Source of the DNA: Candidatus Sumerlaeaceae bacterium
GTDB lineage: Bacteria > Sumerlaeota > Sumerlaeia > Sumerlaeales > Sumerlaeaceae
Assembly (NCBI GenBank): GCA_051003195.1
Contig: JBPCLP010000020.1
Coordinates: forward strand, 1-64,000
Length of the DNA stretch: 64,000 bases
Reading direction: 5' to 3'
Position numbers and translations under genes: made by a program. Within the stretch, counting starts at the first letter, position 1. Each line of letters opens with the position of its first letter. Shown in pieces: positions 9,969-19,660 of the stretch. The notes below the pieces were generated by a model, which saw nothing but the letters and a program-made list of their open reading frames with translations, did not search any database and had not been told where the DNA came from.

Positions 9969-10364
9969 ATATCGGATGCCTGAGGCACGGCAAGGAAGCT
10001 TCAGCCGCGACCAGAGAATTGCAAGGAAGGTTATTAGCTACTACCTGCGAGCTGCGGAGTCAACGGGACATGTTGCCGATAATCGAAGTTCTAAGTACTG
10101 AGAGCCCGCGCTGATTTTAATCGAACGGCCCTGCATGTGTTAACACGGTAACCCGACGAGGGGCAATGCGCGAAGACGAAGTCAGAGTGAGGTTGACGCA
10201 ATGCTCTTTTTCAATCTGAAGGAAAGTAGTCACTAGTTTTAGCAGCTTTTCACATCAGGAACAGGCTCATTCGAACATCCAGGAGAGATGCCATACAATT
10301 AAGTGTTATTCTCGCGGAATCCGACAATGAGACCAAGATCATAGAGCTCATTGGGAGACTCGTA

Positions 10365-11546
10365 GTGGCGTGCGGCCGTCTTCCAAAAGGAACAGTTTGG
10401 GAGTTGCTCGTAATTAGCCGCGAGGAAACGGCCGAATTAAAAAGTATAGTTTCCCGGATAGGTGGAATAACAATTCGGAGCACAGGCTCGTACGCAGCCG
10501 ACTTCAAGGCCTGTATTGCCCGTGCAAGTGGCAGGTGCATCATAACGATGGAATCGAATCTGGCGCACAACCCCTTTATTATCCCCGAACTTTATGCTTC
10601 ACGGGATCTCGGCGACATTGTCATCGCTTCCCGTTACGTCCGTAATGGATACTTCAACGGGTCTTGGCTGCGACGATTTCTAAGCCGCTCCGGAAACACA
10701 CTGTTTCGCAAGGTGCTGGACTTCCCCGTTTACGATTTGACCTCCAGCTTCAGACTGTACAATCTCCGAGTATTCGAAAACACAGACTTGAGGCTCACAG
10801 ACGAAGATGTCCTGTTGGAAATTCTTGTGAATGCATATGCACAAGGGTTTAAGCTGGCAGAAATCCCGTTCCATTACAATCCGTCGCAAAAAGCACCGTC
10901 TGCTACGACATGGCGTACGGGTCGGAGCTGTTTACGTTCATTGGGGGGGCTGTGGAGACTCCGAAACTCGATTGATTGTGCGGACTATGACGAACGTGCT
11001 TTTAACAGTCGGATCTGGTTCCAGCGCTCATGGCAGCGTCGGCGCTACCGTGCGCTTGTGCGAATGGCGCAAGATGCCAAATTAGTTCTCGATGTCGGTT
11101 GCGGGTCGTCGCAGGTAATTGAAGGACTTCCTCAATCGGATTGCTGCGACCTGCGGCTAAACAAACTTCGCCACAAACGTGCACCCGGACGGGTTTTGGT
11201 CCGAGCCAGTGTCTTCGATCTTCCATTCAAAACAAACTTTTACGATGCTGTGATTTTCTCGCAGGTGATCGAGCATCTGCCAAAGGACCCTCGTGTTTTG
11301 CAGGAGATTGTCCGTGTTGCAAAGCCGGGTGGTCACGTAATCGTTGGCACCCCGGACTACGCTACCTGGTGGACTACCGTGGAAAAGATCTATGGTGCAG
11401 TGCATCCCGGCGGGTACGCGGATGAACACATTACGCATTACACATTCGAAACTCTAAAAAAAGAAATCGAGTCGCTGGGATGTCGATTCATTGATCACGC
11501 TTACGTATGGCATGCTGAATTGATAATGCGCTTTCAGAAGCTTTGA
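10365..11546 (+). CDS. Degenerate GT2 (Dol-P-Man synthase-like) domain fused to a class I SAM-dependent methyltransferase
   Basis: DIVIASRYVRNG, VYDLTSSFRLY, EIPFHY (DPM1-like); VLDVGCGS, VIFSQVIEHL (Methyltransf_11-like). The frame is open upstream to about 10230, so the true start is uncertain. Confidence 0.8.
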   Translation: MACGRLPKGTVWELLVISREETAELKSIVSRIGGITIRSTGSYAADFKACIARASGRCIITMESNLAHNPFIIPELYASRDLGDIVIASRYVRNGYFNGSWLRRFLSRSGNTLFRKVLDFPVYDLTSSFRLYNLRVFENTDLRLTDEDVLLEILVNAYAQGFKLAEIPFHYNPSQKAPSATTWRTGRSCLRSLGGLWRLRNSIDCADYDERAFNSRIWFQRSWQRRRYRALVRMAQDAKLVLDVGCGSSQVIEGLPQSDCCDLRLNKLRHKRAPGRVLVRASVFDLPFKTNFYDAVIFSQVIEHLPKDPRVLQEIVRVAKPGGHVIVGTPDYATWWTTVEKIYGAVHPGGYADEHITHYTFETLKKEIESLGCRFIDHAYVWHAELIMRFQKL

Positions 11547-12916
11547 TCTCCTCCGCAACGCGCATAATAAACTTTCGTAAATGGGTTAAGCTTTACGGTC
11601 TTTCCTGGCTCGGCGTCTATTTTATGTGGGCGCTGTTGAACTACCGCACCTGGCCGGACACTGACGCCTATTTGGAGATGGGGCGCGGTCTGCTGCACCA
11701 CGGGATTTTCGGGTACCAGCTTTCAACAGGGGAGTATGTTCCGAACGCTTTTCGAATGCCCATTTTCCCTTTGTTGCTGGGTGTGATTGATCTGCTTACC
11801 TCGCAACGCGAGTTCACCTACCTGCTGTTTAGCATTCTCCAAACATTTCTGGCAGCCGCTCTACCCTGCATTGCATTCTATTTTGGCAGTCTGCTGAACA
11901 CGCAATCAGCCTGGGTAGCGTTTTTCGGGATGCTGCTGCATCCAAATTTTGTGGTCATGTCAGTGAGCGTACTCACCGACATTTCGTTCGCTCTACTAGC
12001 GGGAATTACCGCAGTGCTTCTATGGGAATCGGGACAGCGGTTAACAAACCGTCGTGCAGCTGTTCTCGGATTTACCTGCGGGTTTGCATGTCTCATTAGG
12101 CCGATTATGAAACTCTACCCGGTGTTTATAGTGCTATGGCTTGGGTTGTTCTGTGGCAAACCCTCGCGAGGCAGATGGATTAGCGGTACTGTAGCAATCG
12201 GTTTCTTCGTTCTGATGCTGTCGCCCTGGCTAATACGCAACGCCATAATGTACAAAGCATTGGTGCTTGAGACGAACCAAGGTTTAAATCTGCTCTGGAG
12301 TAATGCACATCTGGTGGAGCCTAACAGCTTTGAGACGCCCGATAGGCTCGCACTGAAGAAATATATCCGAGCTAACGTGACCGACCCCATGAGCTTTGTT
12401 TACTACCGCGGGACCGAGTATTTCTACCGCAATGACCTGGCAGTTTCACGTGAACTGTCAGCAATTGCGAAGGATACTTTTTTGCGCGCGCCCTTAGGAA
12501 TTGCGCAGACCTGGCTGGCGAACGCAAAGCACATGCTGATCGATCAGACGCATTTTGACGCACTCTATGAGATGCTGCACGCACGTGCGTGGTATAAAAC
12601 TCTAACCCGTGGGTTCGCCTGGAGCGAAGATGCGGCAAACCGCAGAATCTATCACGTTGTCCTGGAAATTAAACGGGCAGCCAAGTGGGCTTACATCCTT
12701 GTTCCAATTCCGAGTATTTTCTTAATGTGGAAAGCTGGCCATCTCCGCCTGGCAGCTTTTATGCTCCTCAACGTGCTGTATTTTTTCGGACTTACGGCTT
12801 TTGTAGCAGGTTATGATCGGTATCGGCTGAACATAGAGCCGTTTTTTCTCACAGCGTTTGCCTTCCTGATTATCACTGCGGTATCGGGGGTTCGGAAAAT
12901 ACTCGCTCGATCTTAG
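11543..12916 (+). CDS. GT-C (ArnT/PMT_2-like) membrane glycosyltransferase
   Basis: PDTDAY loop, AFRMPIFP, VLTD, LIRP, PWLIRN, RYRL; many TM segments; start overlaps the upstream stop (TTGA). Confidence 0.75.
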   Translation: MISSATRIINFRKWVKLYGLSWLGVYFMWALLNYRTWPDTDAYLEMGRGLLHHGIFGYQLSTGEYVPNAFRMPIFPLLLGVIDLLTSQREFTYLLFSILQTFLAAALPCIAFYFGSLLNTQSAWVAFFGMLLHPNFVVMSVSVLTDISFALLAGITAVLLWESGQRLTNRRAAVLGFTCGFACLIRPIMKLYPVFIVLWLGLFCGKPSRGRWISGTVAIGFFVLMLSPWLIRNAIMYKALVLETNQGLNLLWSNAHLVEPNSFETPDRLALKKYIRANVTDPMSFVYYRGTEYFYRNDLAVSRELSAIAKDTFLRAPLGIAQTWLANAKHMLIDQTHFDALYEMLHARAWYKTLTRGFAWSEDAANRRIYHVVLEIKRAAKWAYILVPIPSIFLMWKAGHLRLAAFMLLNVLYFFGLTAFVAGYDRYRLNIEPFFLTAFAFLIITAVSGVRKILARS

Positions 12917-12957
12917 GAGGCGATGAACAACAATGCGGTTGCGGCGGTTGCGCCAAA

Positions 12958-14271
12958 CTAGTAACTAGCTCCCCCAGAACTGGTGCCTACTGTACCCAGC
13001 GTATTGGGGGAAAAATTGGCTGTCGAAGCACCCACTGCAGTCGATCCTGTTACGACTTCCAGACCATACCGACTATTGGATTGCGCCACGGTACCTGCAC
13101 TGATGCCGATTGAACCGTTATCGCGAACGGCAAAACCGTTGCCACCCGTGTTGGAGTTGGAAATACAACCTGAGTATACCTGTGCATACCCTGGGCCCTG
13201 TATGGCAACGCCATTTGCCGTGTTGCTGTTGGTTCGGCAGCCGCTTAGATAGAGAATCCCGTTCGCCATGTAAATGCCATTCGCGTTGCCAGTTGCCTCG
13301 CAACTATAAGTGTTGCCGAACGCTCCCTGAAGAATCCCAAACCCGGCAAAACTATTATTACTCGCTCTGCAGTTCTTGAAAATATATGCTCCTGTTTCCA
13401 CTTTCGCACCCGAACCGGCAGCGTTTTCGATCGAAAGCCCTTCGAATTGCACGGCCGAGCAATTGTGCGCAGAAATACAGAATCTGCGCAGGCGCGGCGC
13501 ACCTACTGAATCAACATCGGAACCTAATATCCTGACATTGGGGCTTCCGACTGATGTCGTCGTCCAGGTTTCGTCTCCCAGGATCCGCAGGTAGTCTCCG
13601 TCGATCCCCTGGTCGTATGCCGTTCCCGAAGATGAGATTCCATACACACTCACAGTTTCCTTATAGATGCCGGCCGCAATTTTGATTGTCACATTGCAGT
13701 TGAGCCGATCCGGGACGATATCCACGCCACCCTGGATGGTTTTCTTTGCGGTAGAAGCACTGAGGCCGTTATTCGCATCGTTGCCGGTGGTGCCATTCAC
13801 ATAAATTGTAAAATCCTGCTCACTCGTCTGGATGGTCGTAAGCGCCAGGTTCACAAGATTGTGATCCGGGTTAAGCTGCTGGAAGCCGTTTGTTCCATCA
13901 TTAAACCAGATTCTCAATTTGAGGCTCGTTTGCGATTGGAAGATGGCGGAATTGATGGCGCTCATGCCCAGCGCAGCATCGCCAACAATGACATTGAATA
14001 CGCCATCGGCGACAGTCAGGTTTATACCCGCGCTCGGCTGGCTCCCGTTCACGCTCGTCCCGTCGTTGCTCCAAAGTGTGGTAGTCGCGCTTGTGTTCAA
14101 GATCGCAAACTTGAACTGCCCTGTGCCATTGTAGGCTTGCCCCTGTACCTTGACGCGCCCCTGATAACTGAATGTGACCTGTCCAACCTCGGCTAGAGAG
14201 ACGCTTGCAGCACACAGCAGCCCCGCAATCGCAAAAATCTGTCTAAGGCTTTTCAATTGAGTCGTCTCCAA
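12958..14271 (-). CDS. Secreted protein with an N-terminal YQG-type domain and a right-handed beta-helix (pectin-lyase-like) region
   Basis: Signal peptide; FSYQGRV...GTGQFKFAI...TLWSNDG; IYVNGTTGNDANNGLS...KKTIQ; repeated N-x-x-x-G beta-helix turns. Confidence 0.7.
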   Translation of the reverse strand: METTQLKSLRQIFAIAGLLCAASVSLAEVGQVTFSYQGRVKVQGQAYNGTGQFKFAILNTSATTTLWSNDGTSVNGSQPSAGINLTVADGVFNVIVGDAALGMSAINSAIFQSQTSLKLRIWFNDGTNGFQQLNPDHNLVNLALTTIQTSEQDFTIYVNGTTGNDANNGLSASTAKKTIQGGVDIVPDRLNCNVTIKIAAGIYKETVSVYGISSSGTAYDQGIDGDYLRILGDETWTTTSVGSPNVRILGSDVDSVGAPRLRRFCISAHNCSAVQFEGLSIENAAGSGAKVETGAYIFKNCRASNNSFAGFGILQGAFGNTYSCEATGNANGIYMANGILYLSGCRTNSNTANGVAIQGPGYAQVYSGCISNSNTGGNGFAVRDNGSIGISAGTVAQSNSRYGLEVVTGSTAVGASTANFSPNTLGTVGTSSGGASY

Positions 14272-14294
14272 ACTTCATTATCTGATTTTACTAA

Positions 14295-14582
14295 TTAGTC
14301 CAGCTGCATAAGCGAGATCGTCACGGGAACGATACCGCTGGGTCCGCCAACCACCGGTTCAATCGAATACGACGAACTGGACACGCTTTGCGGCGCCACT
14401 CCATCCGCGGTAATAGCACTGCTTATGCTATAACTACCGCTGGTTGTTGAAGCACTGCCCGCGTTGATTGAACCGTACTCCAGGTCATAGCTCAGTGACT
14501 TTGCCATGCCAGCGAACGCGGATGATCCGCTAAGCGCAATTGTTGCAATCAGGCAGGATGCGTAACAGGCAAATCGTGGCAT
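14295..14582 (-). CDS. Small secreted Ser/Gly-rich protein ending IVPVTISLMQLD
   Basis: Signal peptide ending SAFA; internally repeated S-x-S-Y-S-I strands; co-oriented directly upstream of 12958-14271. Confidence 0.7.
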   Translation of the reverse strand: MPRFACYASCLIATIALSGSSAFAGMAKSLSYDLEYGSINAGSASTTSGSYSISSAITADGVAPQSVSSSSYSIEPVVGGPSGIVPVTISLMQLD

Positions 14583-14759
14583 AACACTCTCGTTAAAATT
14601 AAATCGTGGTCGATGATTGGACGTGCAAGTTCCGTGAAACGTTGACTCAAAACACGGAAATTCCGTAATGCGAGTACTCAGCTACTGCATTAAATGAACG
14701 AGAGCAAGGCTATTCCACCGCGGCAATGGAGCAGCTGAGCCCCTGTCTCCACCCGCCGC

Positions 14760-17700
14760 CTACTCCACCACCGTCACTTTCTCGTCGTGGCTGCTTACCT
14801 TGATGTTAAACACCTGCGTTGGGGACGCATGGCCCGCGACCTCGGCGACTGCATTATACTGCCCTGCCGCCATGCCGCGCGCGGTGAATTGTCCCTGGTC
14901 GTCGGTTTTGCCCTCGCGCGGCGCCTCCATCGAGTTCGCATCCGCCGCAACCACCTTGCACGTGGCGCCTGCAATTGGCTTGGCGGCCTTGTCCTTCAGT
15001 ATCCACCGCATGCTGCCCGCGCCATACAGCACATCGTCAATGTGGGTCGTCTCGCCTTGTTTCACCTCGATGCTCTTCTCGATAATGGAGTATCCCCACG
15101 CGCTGATCTGCACCTGGTAAGTGCCCGGCGGAACATTGGGGATTTTGATGATTCCATCCGCGCCGCGAGTCTGCCCGTGATCCAGGAACCCATTGGGTCC
15201 GTTCAGGTAACACCACGCCTTCTGGATCGGCTTTCCGTCTGCAATATCCAGCGCCACCGATTCAACCGTACCTCCCGACTGCTCCAGTCGCAAATCCACT
15301 TTCGTTTCGCCGGTGTCGCTCACCTGCACGCTCGGCTGCGTTGCGAGTCCCGCCTCGGGTTTGCTGGCCGTTACCGTATAAGTGCCCGCCTTCAGGCCCT
15401 TGAATGAGAACGTCCCCTTCACATCACTGTTCGTGCTTTGTCCGCCGCGGTTCGTCGCAAAGATATCGCCGACGCCTGTGGTCGGCGGGGTGTAGGCCAC
15501 GCGCGCGCCGTTGACCGGCAGGCCTGCGGCATCCGTCACCGTGCCCGTAATGCTGCCATTCGGAAAGACGAATGTCTTCTCGACCACGGCGCCCGATTCC
15601 GGAATGTCCACGGACTCGCTCATGCGGATATTATAATCGTCTGCCATGCTCAGGGAGACGCTGCACGTTCCCGGGATCAGATCGTCAAAGGTGAAACTTC
15701 CGTCCGCTTCACTGCGTGCGCTGCGGTTCTGGCTCTGGTCCGTGCCACCCTGGCTGATGCTCGCGCTTACGATTACCGGCGCGCCGCCTTTCAGCGCTTT
15801 CCCAATCAGCTTGCCTGAGCCCAGGCGCATCACGATCTCTTTCGTTTCGTCATCCTTCACATCGGCCGACGCGTAGATGACTGGCTTCGTCGATTGTATA
15901 CGGTAGCGACCCGCTGGAATGCTCGCGAACGTACAAACTCCGTCGGCGCCGGTCTTGCCCGGCTTCATCTGTTCGTAATTGCTGTTTTCACGTAATGTCA
16001 GTTCAACCTCCGGCACCGGCGCCTCTTCCGCACCGCGCACCACACGAACCCGAACTGTGCCGCCGCCGCTCACAGGAATATCGCCCAGGTCCGTCGTTTC
16101 GAAATTCTTTATATCGGCTTCCTTGTTCACGACCACCAGCGGCGCTTCAGGTTTGATGACCAGTGAGTTTTTGCCTGCCGGCCCTGGCCCCACACTGAAC
16201 TTGCCATCTTCATCCGTGGTCGCCAGCCCCATCGGCATGCTCTGCTGCCGCTCCCACGAGCTCATGCTGCCCCATAGCATCACCTTCACACCGGGCAGTG
16301 CCTTGCCGCCATCTTTGGCCACCACACGTCCGGTTATCGTTCCGCCCGGTCCCATCCGGAATTCCTTTTCGAACGTTTCCTGGTTCTTCGGGACCTCGAC
16401 ACTGAATTGCGTGGGCGGCCAGCCCTGGACTTCCAGTTTTATGCCATGCGTCACGCCGGCCTGGAGCTTCGGAATGGTAAACCGTCCCGGAACGGCCGGG
16501 TCTTTCTTAAAGCCGCTGGAGTTGCAGGTGAAGTCTTTGATCGGCGCGCCCGTCTTGTCATCCACCAGCTTGCCGATCATCGTGACGCCCGTCTTTTCAT
16601 CGAGGATAAAATCGACGTCATTGCGGTCGACCGCGATATTTTGCTTACTGTTCATGGAGGACCCGCCACTGCGCGGGTATGCATACACGTAGTACGTGCC
16701 CTCGGCAAGGTCTTCGACCTTGTAACGCCCCGTCTCATCCGTCTGAGCATTTCCATGAGAGCCCGATGCGTTGCCGCTGGCACTCACCTGCACGTCCTTC
16801 ACCGGATCGCCGGCCGTGGTCGTTACTTTTCCACCGATAAAATGCGGCACGCGCAGTTGCAGTACGATTCCGGATTTCACGCCACCCGGATCCAGTTGAA
16901 CGGCCTCCGTCTTGGACGTCGCGTATTTCGCCTTGGTAGCGGATAACGAAGTGCTTTTCGGCTGGTTGTTGAGAGTGAACTGGCCCGCCGCATCCGATTT
17001 CGCGGTCCCGGATTGATCGGAACCCGAGCTGTTGCCGAAGGACACCATCTGGTTCGCGGAAACATTCGCGTCGGCGACCGGCTGGCCCTGCGGGTCAACC
17101 ACCGTGCCCGCAATGGTGCCGCCTGGCTCCAGCGTGATATCCACGTTCTCGGCTGACTTATCCTCCACCTGCACTGGATCCGAAAACCCCGCCGGAAATC
17201 CAGGTGCCTCGGCCTTCACGCGCAGCAGGCTGAAGCGGCTCACCTCCAGCAGGTACTTGCCGTCCGCGCGCACCGGGACCGCTTGAGTATTCCCGCCCAT
17301 GTTGTTGCGGTCGAACACCTGCACCTTCGCGGTTGGAATCGGAACGCCGTCTTTCGTCTTCACGATCCCTGTAACATTCACGGACTTCAGCATCGGGATG
17401 TCTTTGCGGGCCTCGGTTTCCTCGGGGTCGACCTGCATCCAGACGTTACCGTTGTTATTATTGCGGTCCGCGACCTTGTATCCGGCTTTCTCGATACTGA
17501 AGTTGATGTTCCTGCCGCCGCCATACGGCATCACACCTGTCAGGCGATAGCTGCCGTCCGCGTTCGAGAGAACGGAATTCTTTTTGCGACGTCCGGATGC
17601 GCGACCCGCACCCGACACCTTTGCGCCTTCAATGGGCAGGCTGGTTTCTTTATCGCTGACCGTCCCGTAGACTGCATGGCCCCCATAGAGCACCACATTG

Positions 17701-18809
17701 ATCTCTGTCGTCTCTTTATCTGCAATCTCCACGATGGACTCGTCGCGGCCGGTCGGCGCCAGCCCGAGATTGCGCTCCAGGTCCGCTGCGTCGAACCTGT
17801 ACTTGCCTGCGGGAAGCCGTGTGATTTCGTAAACGCCACCCGAGTCGGTCACCCCTTTAAATGGTGCGTAGCGGGGGCCGATTTTATAATCCTTGGGCGA
17901 AAAGTTCATTGTCACCGTAACACTCGAGAGCGACTCGCCCGTGCCTTTCATGAACGCATGGCCTGTGACCACCGCACCCGCGGATTGCAGGCGAAGCACC
18001 AGCACCCCGCTCGTGGGAGCGACAACGCTCTGGCTGAATGGCACGTGCTTCTGCGAATCCACCATCAGCATGCGCTCACCGGCCGCGACTTCCTCCAGCA
18101 CAAAATCGCCGGCAGCGCTTGTCGTCGTCAGGCCTTCCGCGGCGTAATTCTTCCCAACTTCCCCGGCCGAAAACTTGATTGTCGCGCCCGCAACCGGCTG
18201 CTCTTTATCATCGATTACATGGCCACGGATCGCCGCTGCTTCCAGCAGCGTTACATCTTCGGACAACTTGCGCAACGCAGGTAACTCCGCGTCCCATGCG
18301 CGATTGCCTTTTTCCGTCAGCGCCTTCTGCACCGTCGCATATCCCGCCTGGTGCGCCCGGATGAAATGCGAGCGCAGCCCACGCCCAACCAGCTTGAACT
18401 TCCCATCGGCTGTCGAGCTGGTCTGCGCAACAATCGGAGTCCCCGTCTCCCCGGTATCTTCATTATAGTCATAGCCACCAAGTTCGACGTTCGCCGAAGC
18501 GGCCGGTTTGCCATCCGGCAGAAGCACTTTCCCCGTGACGATGGTATGAGGCTCCGACGTGCTGAATGTATCCACTTCAGCAGACGCTCTCTCCGCAGCA
18601 GAAGAGCCATTCTTCTCATTCTTGACCGCGGCGGCGTTGGCACGCCCGGCTGGCCTGGTTGAAGAAGTCTGCGGATCCGACAGCGAGCGAACGCGCGTCT
18701 TTGGCGCTTCCTCGGTCGCCTTGGGCTTCTCCTTGTCGCATCCCGAAAGGAGCGATAGCAGTAGCGCCAGTGAAAGAACAATTCGGATCGCGCGGGTTTG
18801 AAGTCGCAT
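14760..18809 (-). CDS. Large lipoprotein built from tandem carboxypeptidase-regulatory-like (prealbumin-like beta-sandwich) repeats
   Basis: Lipobox LLSGC; many I-x-G-x-V-x-D-x-x-G-x-P...T-D-x-x-G-x-F/Y...G-x-Y repeats. Confidence 0.85.
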   Translation of the reverse strand: MRLQTRAIRIVLSLALLLSLLSGCDKEKPKATEEAPKTRVRSLSDPQTSSTRPAGRANAAAVKNEKNGSSAAERASAEVDTFSTSEPHTIVTGKVLLPDGKPAASANVELGGYDYNEDTGETGTPIVAQTSSTADGKFKLVGRGLRSHFIRAHQAGYATVQKALTEKGNRAWDAELPALRKLSEDVTLLEAAAIRGHVIDDKEQPVAGATIKFSAGEVGKNYAAEGLTTTSAAGDFVLEEVAAGERMLMVDSQKHVPFSQSVVAPTSGVLVLRLQSAGAVVTGHAFMKGTGESLSSVTVTMNFSPKDYKIGPRYAPFKGVTDSGGVYEITRLPAGKYRFDAADLERNLGLAPTGRDESIVEIADKETTEINVVLYGGHAVYGTVSDKETSLPIEGAKVSGAGRASGRRKKNSVLSNADGSYRLTGVMPYGGGRNINFSIEKAGYKVADRNNNNGNVWMQVDPEETEARKDIPMLKSVNVTGIVKTKDGVPIPTAKVQVFDRNNMGGNTQAVPVRADGKYLLEVSRFSLLRVKAEAPGFPAGFSDPVQVEDKSAENVDITLEPGGTIAGTVVDPQGQPVADANVSANQMVSFGNSSGSDQSGTAKSDAAGQFTLNNQPKSTSLSATKAKYATSKTEAVQLDPGGVKSGIVLQLRVPHFIGGKVTTTAGDPVKDVQVSASGNASGSHGNAQTDETGRYKVEDLAEGTYYVYAYPRSGGSSMNSKQNIAVDRNDVDFILDEKTGVTMIGKLVDDKTGAPIKDFTCNSSGFKKDPAVPGRFTIPKLQAGVTHGIKLEVQGWPPTQFSVEVPKNQETFEKEFRMGPGGTITGRVVAKDGGKALPGVKVMLWGSMSSWERQQSMPMGLATTDEDGKFSVGPGPAGKNSLVIKPEAPLVVVNKEADIKNFETTDLGDIPVSGGGTVRVRVVRGAEEAPVPEVELTLRENSNYEQMKPGKTGADGVCTFASIPAGRYRIQSTKPVIYASADVKDDETKEIVMRLGSGKLIGKALKGGAPVIVSASISQGGTDQSQNRSARSEADGSFTFDDLIPGTCSVSLSMADDYNIRMSESVDIPESGAVVEKTFVFPNGSITGTVTDAAGLPVNGARVAYTPPTTGVGDIFATNRGGQSTNSDVKGTFSFKGLKAGTYTVTASKPEAGLATQPSVQVSDTGETKVDLRLEQSGGTVESVALDIADGKPIQKAWCYLNGPNGFLDHGQTRGADGIIKIPNVPPGTYQVQISAWGYSIIEKSIEVKQGETTHIDDVLYGAGSMRWILKDKAAKPIAGATCKVVAADANSMEAPREGKTDDQGQFTARGMAAGQYNAVAEVAGHASPTQVFNIKVSSHDEKVTVVE

Positions 18810-18913
18810 GCAGACGTGTCCGCCCCTCGTGCAGGTTGATAATGGCACTGGCGATTCTGGATTCGTGAATCGCAGTTGCAAGCTCAGACGAACAAAGTGC
18901 GCGCTGCGTTGAC

Positions 18914-18929
18914 GGGCATACGCTTTGCT
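18914..18929 (+). promoter_or_regulatory. Candidate sigma-54 (-24/-12) promoter, overlapping a possible sigma-70 promoter
   Basis: GGGCAT-ACGCT-TTGCT with correct GG-N10-GC spacing, about 90 nt upstream of ATG 19022; TTGACG-N17-CACTAT also fits. Confidence 0.4.
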
Positions 18930-19021
18930 CCCACTATGTGCAACGCTGTACGAGGCGCCGTGGGCTTTCCAGCCAGGTTTTCACCGGATCCTCTGCGCAC
19001 GAGACCAGGAGGCAATATACG

Positions 19022-19600
19022 ATGCAACCACAGACCAGGGAAGACCTGATCCAGAAATACGTGAGCGACATGCATGCGGTCGCCAAGCACGTGCTGGAGG
19101 CTTTCGAACGCCAGCAGCAGGACGCCGATGTTCAGAAGTTCCTGGAAGCAAGTCAGCTCATCAACAAAGTGGTCTCCACGATGCGCAGCCAGCATAATCG
19201 CCTGGATGAACACTCGAAGACCGTCGGCGCCGAACCGCACACGATGCCCAAGGAAGCCATCAGTGCGGCTCTTGGTGTAGCGGCTGGTCTGTATGATAAG
19301 ATTCGCTCGCACGCCGTCAGCAAAATGCTGCGTGATGACTATGTCGCGCTGACTATGTGCTGCGTCTCGTACGAAATGCTGCACACAACGGGCCTTGCCG
19401 TATCCGATCAGACGACAGCCGACCTGGCCCTGAGCCATCTCAAGGACCTGACGCCGCTGGTCATGCAGATTGGGCAGGCGATTCCGGCCGTAGTAACGCG
19501 AGAGTTGATGGAAAGCGGCATGTCGTCGGACAGCACTGTCGCCGAAACGGCAGCACGGAACAACCAGGAAGCGTGGCGCGTCAGCTCAAAAGCAGCCTGA
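19022..19600 (+). CDS. Ferritin-like (DUF892/YciE-like) helical-bundle protein
   Basis: AGGAGG SD; YVSDMHAV...EAFERQ, LRDDY...SYEMLH; predicted all-helical. Confidence 0.65.
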   Translation: MQPQTREDLIQKYVSDMHAVAKHVLEAFERQQQDADVQKFLEASQLINKVVSTMRSQHNRLDEHSKTVGAEPHTMPKEAISAALGVAAGLYDKIRSHAVSKMLRDDYVALTMCCVSYEMLHTTGLAVSDQTTADLALSHLKDLTPLVMQIGQAIPAVVTRELMESGMSSDSTVAETAARNNQEAWRVSSKAA

Positions 19601-19660
19601 TCAAAAAACATTGAGCGCTACCTCCAGTCCGTCGGAGGCAGCGCTTCTATTTCGGGGGAA

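Noticed and set aside
14703..14717. Possible sigma-54 promoter for the 14582 gene (minus strand TGGAAT-AGCC-TTGCT)
   Set aside because: GG-to-GC spacing is one base short of the strict -24/-12 requirement.
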